From NCBI GenBank assembly GCA_965248555.1, contig CBDFJP010000002.1, positions 2,134,093 through 2,198,092 on the forward strand: a stretch of DNA of 64,000 bases, written 5' to 3'. Shown piece by piece: positions 57,642-64,000 of the stretch (positions are counted from its first letter, which is position 1; each line of letters opens with the position of its first letter). The translations under genes were made by a program, and so were the position numbers. This DNA comes from Fimbriimonas sp. (lineage in GTDB: Bacteria > Armatimonadota > Fimbriimonadia > Fimbriimonadales > Fimbriimonadaceae). Below the pieces are notes generated by a model that was not told the DNA's origin, searched no databases, and saw nothing but the letters and a program-made list of their open reading frames with translations.

Positions 57642-60191
57642 GTACAATCGCGCCTATATACCTTCCTGCACACCGACCTCGAAGGCAGTAGTGCCGCGTG
57701 GGATATTGACCCCCAAAAGGCGAAGTCCGAAATCGCCCGCCTGTTCCAGCGCACCGAAACCGCAACCTTCAAGGCGGGCGGACGAGTCTACAAAAAGCGG
57801 GGCGATGGTCAAGCCGCCGTCTTCCAAAACAGCGACGATGCCCTCAACGCGATCCACGACCTTGCCAACGACCCAAACGCCGTCGAACTGCTCCCTCGGC
57901 TCCGACTCGTTCTCCACTGCGGCGAGGCCGAAGACCTCGGCGACGAGTTCTTAGGTGCCTGCCTCAATGTCGTTGGCCGACTGCTCGACGCCGCTCACCC
58001 CGGCCAAATCCTCGCCACCGACGAGTTTTTGCGTACGTGCAAAAATCCACCGGGTTCTGCTGAGCTCGATAAGCTAAGGCTCCGAGGCATCGCCTCGCCA
58101 ATTCGAGTCTTCCAACTCAATCTCGGCGGATCGCAAACGGAGTTCCCGCCCCTGAGGGGTTCCGCCCCGCCGACCAATCTTCCCCGGCTCCCCGCCGACT
58201 TCTTCGGGCGCAAGTCCGAACTCAACGACTTGACCAAGCTGATTATCGAAAAAAAGCTTCCCCTAGTCACCGTGCGCGGGTTCGGTGGAGTCGGCAAAAC
58301 CACCCTCGCCACTCAGTTCGCCCACAACGTATCAGACCACTTCCAAAACCGGATCTGGTGGGTCAGAGCCGATCACGCATTTTCCGCCGAACACCTCCTT
58401 GAGCAAATCTGTCACGCCCTCCGGTTCGAGCAAAACGCGACGGAACTCCTCGGTGCCCTCCCCGACATCTGCCAAAAACCAAGTCTCCTCGTCTTCGATT
58501 GCTTTGAATCAGCCGTAGAATTCGGAAGTGTAGTCACCGAAATACTGGAAGCCGCGCCCCAACTTCAGGCCGTCGTCACCAGCCGAAGACGGCTAGAACT
58601 CGACCAAGAATACGTCCTCGAACTTGGCGGAATCGTCAACACCACCAGCCTAAGACCCAACTGGGAGCCGGGCTTCTCCCTCTTCGAGCGCGCAGCCAAC
58701 CGAGCAAGTACTGGATTCAAACTCGGCGTGGCAGATCGCCCCCAGATCAAGTCCATCATCACCCGTGTCGACGCAATCCCCCTTGCGATCCAGCTCTGCG
58801 CGGGGAGGGTCAACCACATGACCCTCGCGCAAATCGATTCACAACTCGCCAAGAACCTTCTCGCAACCCTCAACCGAACCACCACAACCACCGACCGCCA
58901 CGGAAGCATGTCCACCGTCATTCAGGCATCCTTCGACCTGCTCAGCGAAGGCGAACGGGAACTCCTCGCAATGCTCGCGGCATTCCGCAAAGGCTTCGAT
59001 CTCGAAATTGCCAAACAAGTCACCCAGTACCGCAACTTCTTCGACACCTTCGGAGCACTCACAAACGCCTCCATGATCTCGCGGCAGACGGATGGCACGA
59101 CCCAACGCTTCCGCCTCCTCGACCCCGTCATCGAGTTCATCCGCGGGGTCGTCGCCCTCCTCCCAAGCCACCATTTTCAGCGGAGATTTTGCCATCACTA
59201 CGAGGCGTGGGCAATCAAAATGTCCAGTACAACCGACCGACAGGACTCGCTCACCAACGAAGTCGGAAACCTCGTCTCAGCCATCGAGTGGATGTGGTCA
59301 ACCCCAGAACTGACCCCGAACGACGAGTTCGTCAACCGAGTCCCACGGTTCCTCTACGACAACGGCTTCCTCTTCGAGTTCGACCTGCTTGTCGAAAGGA
59401 TTCTCGGATTCCACCACTTCACAGGCGTTGAGGCAAAAGCGGACGTGTACTCACTGGTCGCTGTTCGACACCGAACAGGCAAAAACTTGGAAGAAATGCG
59501 AACCGCGCTGAAACAGCGGTGGGAGTTGTTAAGGCCCCTACCGATTACAGGCCGAACCATTGATGCTCTTGGAGAAATCTGCGTCGCCGCCTGCGAGCAT
59601 CAGCACTCAGACTCAATAGACCTAGACCGTCTGTTGGATGAGTTTACGCTCACGCGCTCACAGTCGAGCGACGGCGAACTGCCCAGAAACTTGGATTGGG
59701 ATGCCGTTGAGCTGAACCTCCTTTTCAACTGCCGACGTACCGCCGACGCTCTCATGCTGGCCTCTGAGCTCATCACACGACTCAAAACACTGGAGCCTAA
59801 ATACTTCGGCTTTGCCTCCCGAATCACTGCCGAAATCTCACTACAAAGCGGCCAATTCCAAAACTCCGTCGCCATGTACACACGGCTCGCTCATAGCACC
59901 CAACCCCACTCACAGGCCGTCGGAATCTATGGCCTAGGGAAGTGTTCTGTAGCAATGGAAAAGTGGGAAGTTGCTACATTGTGCGTCGCGAGCCTCTACT
60001 CCTTCGAGCGCTCCGAAGCCCCCCGAGCCCATGCCTTCGCCGCAGACCTGAATAGGCTACTGCCACACTCTCCTAGTCGCGCCGAACCCATCCAAGACCC
60101 GGAAGATCGCGCAATGATCGTCTCCACAATTTTGGACTGTTTGCAGAATTGTGATCACGATCACACACAGGAATATACCAATCCCTTATAG
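57642..60191 (+). CDS. class III nucleotidyl cyclase domain + STAND/NB-ARC-like P-loop NTPase + helical-repeat protein; start codon unresolved, possibly frameshifted
   Basis: The open frame starts after TAG 57639-57641. Cyclase motifs FLHTDLEGSS, KKRGDGQAAVF, LRLVLHCGEAE and NVVGRLLDAAHPGQIL lie upstream of the first canonical start (TTG 58029, ORF-track start). Walker A is GFGGVGKTTLA and Walker B-like is LLVFDCFE. The C-terminal ~400 aa are helical-repeat-like. Confidence 0.7.
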   Translation, partial: VQSRLYTFLHTDLEGSSAAWDIDPQKAKSEIARLFQRTETATFKAGGRVYKKRGDGQAAVFQNSDDALNAIHDLANDPNAVELLPRLRLVLHCGEAEDLGDEFLGACLNVVGRLLDAAHPGQILATDEFLRTCKNPPGSAELDKLRLRGIASPIRVFQLNLGGSQTEFPPLRGSAPPTNLPRLPADFFGRKSELNDLTKLIIEKKLPLVTVRGFGGVGKTTLATQFAHNVSDHFQNRIWWVRADHAFSAEHLLEQICHALRFEQNATELLGALPDICQKPSLLVFDCFESAVEFGSVVTEILEAAPQLQAVVTSRRRLELDQEYVLELGGIVNTTSLRPNWEPGFSLFERAANRASTGFKLGVADRPQIKSIITRVDAIPLAIQLCAGRVNHMTLAQIDSQLAKNLLATLNRTTTTTDRHGSMSTVIQASFDLLSEGERELLAMLAAFRKGFDLEIAKQVTQYRNFFDTFGALTNASMISRQTDGTTQRFRLLDPVIEFIRGVVALLPSHHFQRRFCHHYEAWAIKMSSTTDRQDSLTNEVGNLVSAIEWMWSTPELTPNDEFVNRVPRFLYDNGFLFEFDLLVERILGFHHFTGVEAKADVYSLVAVRHRTGKNLEEMRTALKQRWELLRPLPITGRTIDALGEICVAACEHQHSDSIDLDRLLDEFTLTRSQSSDGELPRNLDWDAVELNLLFNCRRTADALMLASELITRLKTLEPKYFGFASRITAEISLQSGQFQNSVAMYTRLAHSTQPHSQAVGIYGLGKCSVAMEKWEVATLCVASLYSFERSEAPRAHAFAADLNRLLPHSPSRAEPIQDPEDRAMIVSTILDCLQNCDHDHTQEYTNPL
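60150..60165 (+). promoter_or_regulatory. second perfect CRP-type box TGTGA-tcacga-TCACA, inside the 3' end of the STAND gene
   Basis: Seen directly. The centre is at 60157.5 and a -10-like TATAGT lies at 60187-60192. The implied TSS near 60199 puts the box at -41.5 and coincides with the in-frame ATG at 60200. Confidence 0.55.
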
Positions 60192-60193
60192 TT

Positions 60194-61414
60194 ATGAGCA
60201 TGGGAAGAAACAATCCAATCAAACGCAAAGAGATCAAACCAGGACCACGGCCTCGCCGAATCGTGGAGCCCCTCGGAATCGGCACATTCGTCACTCTCGA
60301 TTACGGCGTTAACGTGCAGAGTCGCAACGAGTACGCCGTCATGCTACTCTCCGACAACTGGGCCTCCCTCCGGGACCTCCTCTACGATCCCCAGGCGTTC
60401 GTCGACGCCTGGAGACAGCGCTACACATGGACGCCAACGATGACATTCGAGTCGGGTACTTCCACGAAGTCAATGCCAGACTGGAAGCTAGTCGGACCAA
60501 TCACGATTCAAATCGAACCTCTCACTGTTCCCACTCCTTCAAACCTTCTCCTTCTCAGTGGGCTAACTTCGATGTATCCCGAGCTCAAAACTGTGATTGC
60601 TGCCGGCGCACTAGGTAATCAGGACTTCGCCGCTAAACTGACCAAAGCGCTTGTTCCCGCAGCTCCCTCTGCCCCTCGAGTCCGAAGGAGCAATCCAATG
60701 AACCTCGCACCAATGAGGGCTGCAAACCCAGTCACGCTCGATTCGTGCACGACCGAACCGCCGCCAAAGCCGCTCGCGTACATTGTCGAGTTTGCCGTGC
60801 TTACCCGGATCATGACAATCAAGTATGTTCCTCAGCCCGAAACTTCGCCACGCTGGTTCGAAGCCATCGGAACGTTCGAGCAGCAACGAGGCAATCCTTC
60901 TGCGAAGACCAAAGATGATTTCACTGGAATCAATTTGAACAATGTCGCAGGAACGGACCTCACGTTCATGCACTTCGACATCGCGTTCGACGAGCTAGTA
61001 CGGCCCCATACCCATGACGATGTATCAAGACGACGGGCAGATTTTGTCATGAGCTATCTTGAGAAGTTCGACTTCTTTATGGCGATGAAGCGCCCCTCTG
61101 ACGTAGCAACTCTCGCAACCCTCAAACCCGATGACAACAACCACGTTTTGGACCAACCGGGCTACACAAATCCGTATCCGATTACGAAGCTCAAAATGAT
61201 TGGTAATCAAAGAGGCCCCAGTGTCACCATTGACTCGGTTTACTCGCCTACAGACCCGCAACTTCAGAAAGTAGCACCTCCCTTCATTTGTGTTCTCGGC
61301 GTTACGGTGCCGGTCACGGATGCAAATGGAAATGTCATCTATGATTCGAACGGTAATGTGAATGAGTGGACAACTAATGGGGTGATCGTCAAGTCTTACC
61401 AGGCCCCCGCCTAA
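60194..61414 (+). CDS. orphan hypothetical protein (406 aa)
   Basis: ORF 2 nt after the STAND gene stop, with a basic N-terminus MSMGRNNPIKRKEIKPGPRPRR. There is no SD and no family recognised. The alternative ATG at 60200 may be a leaderless start. Confidence 0.6.
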   Translation: MSMGRNNPIKRKEIKPGPRPRRIVEPLGIGTFVTLDYGVNVQSRNEYAVMLLSDNWASLRDLLYDPQAFVDAWRQRYTWTPTMTFESGTSTKSMPDWKLVGPITIQIEPLTVPTPSNLLLLSGLTSMYPELKTVIAAGALGNQDFAAKLTKALVPAAPSAPRVRRSNPMNLAPMRAANPVTLDSCTTEPPPKPLAYIVEFAVLTRIMTIKYVPQPETSPRWFEAIGTFEQQRGNPSAKTKDDFTGINLNNVAGTDLTFMHFDIAFDELVRPHTHDDVSRRRADFVMSYLEKFDFFMAMKRPSDVATLATLKPDDNNHVLDQPGYTNPYPITKLKMIGNQRGPSVTIDSVYSPTDPQLQKVAPPFICVLGVTVPVTDANGNVIYDSNGNVNEWTTNGVIVKSYQAPA

Positions 61415-61418
61415 CCCA

Positions 61419-62060
61419 ATGGCTGAAAACGCACAGTACCTCGCCAAAGTTGATCTATTCGCGAGCCTCCCGGCGGAGCGATTAGATCAACTTGGCGCTC
61501 TCTGCACCCGGACCAAACTCGCCCCCCAAGAGATTCTCTTGCGTGAAGGCGACCCGGGAAGCACCCTCTATTTCATTATCGGCGGAGTCCTGAGGGTCGA
61601 GCGATACACCGCCCGAGGCGGTGTGGTCCACCTAGCCATGCGCAGTGCCGGGGACACCATCGGCGAACTCTCGATCCTCACCGACGGCTACCGCTCAGCC
61701 TACGTCGTCGCCCACACCTCCGCCAAACTCCTCGTCATGGAGCGCGCCGCGTTCCTAAAGTACGCTCTGACTGAACCCGAGGTCACCCTCGCCCTCCTCG
61801 CCCGCCTCGCCGAGCGCGTCAAAGAAGCCTCGGAACTGGTCGTCTCCCGATCCGCCGCTTCCGTGGAGGACCGAATCCTCCAACTCATGCTCTCCATGGT
61901 CGACTCTGAAGGCGAAATCACCCTCAAAGAGTCCCAAGCCGAACTCGCAAACCGAATCGGCTGTTCCCGAGAAGCCCTCAGCCGCGCCATCGCAAAACTC
62001 GTCGACGACCGCCGCCTAGACCGCCTCAGCCCAAAAACCTACCGATGGACTGCAGTCTAG
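61419..62060 (+). CDS. CRP/FNR-family cNMP-binding transcriptional regulator (CRP-like recognition helix)
   Basis: cNMP pocket IGELSILTDGYRSAYVVA. The HTH GCSREALSRAIAKL compares with E. coli CRP GCSRETVGRILKML. Confidence 0.85.
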   Translation: MAENAQYLAKVDLFASLPAERLDQLGALCTRTKLAPQEILLREGDPGSTLYFIIGGVLRVERYTARGGVVHLAMRSAGDTIGELSILTDGYRSAYVVAHTSAKLLVMERAAFLKYALTEPEVTLALLARLAERVKEASELVVSRSAASVEDRILQLMLSMVDSEGEITLKESQAELANRIGCSREALSRAIAKLVDDRRLDRLSPKTYRWTAV

Positions 62061-62105
62061 GAAGAGACTTGAGATATTCACCGGTATCCGTTCGCACGAG
62101 TGAGC

Positions 62106-62288
62106 ATGGATTCGGTATTGACAAACAATTACTGTGGCGCCTCCGAAGACCCTCAAACCCCCGACGCCCTCCTTTACCAGTCTGGAGATCGTTGGTGCCT
62201 CGTAAAAGGTTGAGCCATATGGCTCAGCGACTCGGTGGCCGAGATCGTTCAAGAGAATCACGACGACGTTTGGCGGCAGCTTTGGGTC
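62106..62288 (-). pseudogene. sulfatase N-terminal remnant
   Basis: Minus-strand ORF 62016-62360 encodes KLPPNVVVILLNDLGHRVAEPYGSTFYEAPTISRLVKEGV...ATVIVCQYR. The sulfatase N-terminal pattern is present, but DD is changed to ND and CxPxR is degraded. It has no signal peptide and is cut off after about 85 codons. Confidence 0.5.
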
Positions 62289-62334
62289 GCGTGGAAGAAT
62301 GCCAAGTGGCGTGCGTAAGGGCGGAGAGAAGTGA

Positions 62335-63471
62335 TCAATTTGGTTTCTCGTTGGGAACATTGATGACGCACCGGAATCCGGTGTGGCAGAGTCCGGTATC
62401 GGGAGAACTTTTCATTCGGGCAGACACCCGGTAGCCAGAGCAGTAGCACTCGGCGCACAGGAACGAACCACCTCGTACCACTCGCTTGACCATGCCGGGC
62501 TCGTCGGGATCGAACGAATCTTGTGGACCAGCGGGGTTGATTTTCGAGGCGGTTTTGTATGCGTCAGGGCGGTAGAAGTCAAGGCACCATTCCCACACGT
62601 TTCCGCTCATGTCGGACAGTCCGTAGCCGTTTTTGGGAAACGAACCGACGGGCGATGTGGTGGCGAACCCATCGGTGTTGTCATTTTTGGTCGGAAATGC
62701 CCCCTGCCAGAAGTTTGCTCTCGGCTTCCCTTCCTCGACAGGTGTGTCGCCCCAGGCGTACCGATTCGAGTCCTTACCGCCTTTGGCGGCTCGCTCGAAC
62801 TGAGCTTCGGTGGGGAGAGATTTCTTTGCCCACTTAGCATATGCCATCGCATCATCCCAACAGACTTGGACGACAGGGTGATTCATCCGTTTTTCGATGT
62901 TTGAATCGGGTCCCTCAGGATGCAGCCAACTGGCTCCAGGGACATACTTCCACCCTTCACCTTCGGCGAAAACGAGGGAACCGGGAACGAGGCTAGCGGC
63001 GGGGACTCCGGGGAAGTCTTTGGCGTCGGGCGTCTTTTCGGCGACTGTTTTGTACCCGGTGACATCAACAAACTCCTTGAACTGTTGATTTGTGACTTCG
63101 TGGATGTCGATCCAGAAGGGGTCGAGTTGAATCGTTTGGACGGGCTCTTCGTCTGCTCGTCCAGCTTCGGAGCCGAGGGTGAACCCGCCAGCCGGAATGA
63201 GGACCATCCCTTCAGGGCTCGGGCTTGGGCCGGCAGCTACTGGCTTCGGTTGGCAACCAGCCACGAACAACCTGCAAACGCAGGCCAAGGAAATAGCTCC
63301 AAGCGCGAGGAGTCGGTTGCTCAACGTCGGAATTCTGACACTTCCAGCGGAGATTGAGGGTGAATACATAAGAAATATTCGTTGTTGCTGCTGAGTGCCC
63401 AGGTGAGAATTCGTCCGAGATCGACTGAGAAGGTCCGGCAATTTGTCTCGCAACAGCCAGGTTCTTCTCAA
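62335..63471 (-). CDS. formylglycine-generating enzyme family protein (paralog of 10519-11532), lipoprotein
   Basis: HEVTNQQFKEFV, LPTEAQFE, GNVWEWCLDFY and RGGSF; lipobox FVAGCQ. The likely start is the ATG at 63369. Confidence 0.9.
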   Translation of the reverse strand: MRRTWLLRDKLPDLLSRSRTNSHLGTQQQQRIFLMYSPSISAGSVRIPTLSNRLLALGAISLACVCRLFVAGCQPKPVAAGPSPSPEGMVLIPAGGFTLGSEAGRADEEPVQTIQLDPFWIDIHEVTNQQFKEFVDVTGYKTVAEKTPDAKDFPGVPAASLVPGSLVFAEGEGWKYVPGASWLHPEGPDSNIEKRMNHPVVQVCWDDAMAYAKWAKKSLPTEAQFERAAKGGKDSNRYAWGDTPVEEGKPRANFWQGAFPTKNDNTDGFATTSPVGSFPKNGYGLSDMSGNVWEWCLDFYRPDAYKTASKINPAGPQDSFDPDEPGMVKRVVRGGSFLCAECYCSGYRVSARMKSSPDTGLCHTGFRCVINVPNEKPN

Positions 63472-63585
63472 GGTTTAGTTTGTTCCAGGTACCAGCAAAA
63501 TTGCATCTCGAATGTCATCCTCAACCACTTCAAATTGCAGCACAAAGGTGCTTCACCCCTCTGCCTCAAAGTAGGATACAAACCA

Positions 63586-64000
63586 ATGCTCACTTCGTTT
63601 CTCGTTTTCGGCTCCTGCTTTCTGGCGGTTCCCCGGGGCAAGGAAACCCCCAATGTTGTTTTCATCATGGCGGATGATATTGGCTATGGTGACTTGAGCT
63701 GTTACGGCTCAAAGGCGATCAAGACGCCAAACATTGACCGACTTGCCAAGGCTGGCATTCGCTTTACCGATGCACACTCGGCGGCGACGGTATGCACTCC
63801 CTCGCGATATTCGCTGCTATCTGGCGAATACTCCTTTCGAAACAAAGGAAGCGCAAGCATCCTGAACTCGGATGCACCACTGGCGTTTCGTCCGGGGCAA
63901 TCGACTTGGCCGAAAATGATGCAAATAGCTGGTTACCGAACCGCAGTCGTAGGCAAATGGCACCTTGGCTTAGGAGAATCTGCGCCAGATTTCAGCCAGC
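63586..64000 (+). CDS. arylsulfatase (paralog of 9104-10606); 3' end runs off the window (absent from ORF track)
   Basis: Manual translation gives MLTSFLVFGSCFLAVPRGKETPNVVFIMADDIGYGDLSCYGSKAIKTPNIDRLAKAGIRFTDAHSAATVCTPSRYSLLSGEY...GKWHLGLGE. Confidence 0.9.
   Translation, partial: MLTSFLVFGSCFLAVPRGKETPNVVFIMADDIGYGDLSCYGSKAIKTPNIDRLAKAGIRFTDAHSAATVCTPSRYSLLSGEYSFRNKGSASILNSDAPLAFRPGQSTWPKMMQIAGYRTAVVGKWHLGLGESAPDFSQ

Noticed and set aside
57642-62060. Classifying the cluster as a Pycsar or CBASS defence system
   Set aside because: Known Pycsar effectors fuse the cNMP-binding domain to TM or TIR modules, and CBASS uses CD-NTase enzymes. Here the receptor is an HTH regulator and the cyclase is embedded in a STAND protein, so only the general logic is shared.
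54906-62100. Classical integrative genomic island at the tmRNA gene
   Set aside because: There is no integrase or recombinase, and I found no duplicated copy of the tmRNA 3' end at the distal border. Only the truncated sulfatase hints at rearrangement, and that is reported as a finding with this caveat.

Overview
Chromosomal 64-kb window from a moderately GC-rich bacterium. A DUF1559/H-X9-DG pilin-like protein, a PEP-CTERM protein, sulfatase/FGE pairs and many glycoside hydrolases suggest an Armatimonadota- or Planctomycetota-like lineage, but this is inference only. I support about 70 protein genes plus three RNA genes. The RNA genes are a 16S rRNA gene with no 23S/5S or spacer tRNAs and its own terminator, tRNA-Arg(TCT), and tmRNA (tag ANNNFAFAA). 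Two edge genes missing from the ORF track were recovered by hand: tmk at 1-441 (-) and a sulfatase at 63586-64000 (+). Housekeeping and metabolic content includes a sugar ABC transporter, SerC plus a SerB-SerA fusion, glycerate kinase, tyrosine phenol-lyase/tryptophanase, a Y-family polymerase, GH76/GH30/GH2 enzymes with a LacI regulator, and two mirror-oriented sulfatase/FGE cassettes. No CRISPR array, transposase or integrase was seen. The most interesting region is 55.5-62.1 kb, just downstream of tmRNA. It is a co-directional five-gene cluster: a secreted protein, a CsgG-like protein, a nucleotidyl-cyclase/STAND-NTPase/helical-repeat protein, a 406-aa orphan and a CRP-type regulator. Two perfect TGTGA-N6-TCACA boxes sit in it at class-II-like spacing from -10-like hexamers, one before gene 1 and one before the orphan gene. 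The cyclase domain has no canonical start codon in its own frame; an ATGA-coupled ATG lies one frame away. The window is also rich in lineage-specific paralog families, including three tandem two-TM/PH-like genes upstream of the polymerase. All family names come from motif recognition by eye, with no database search.
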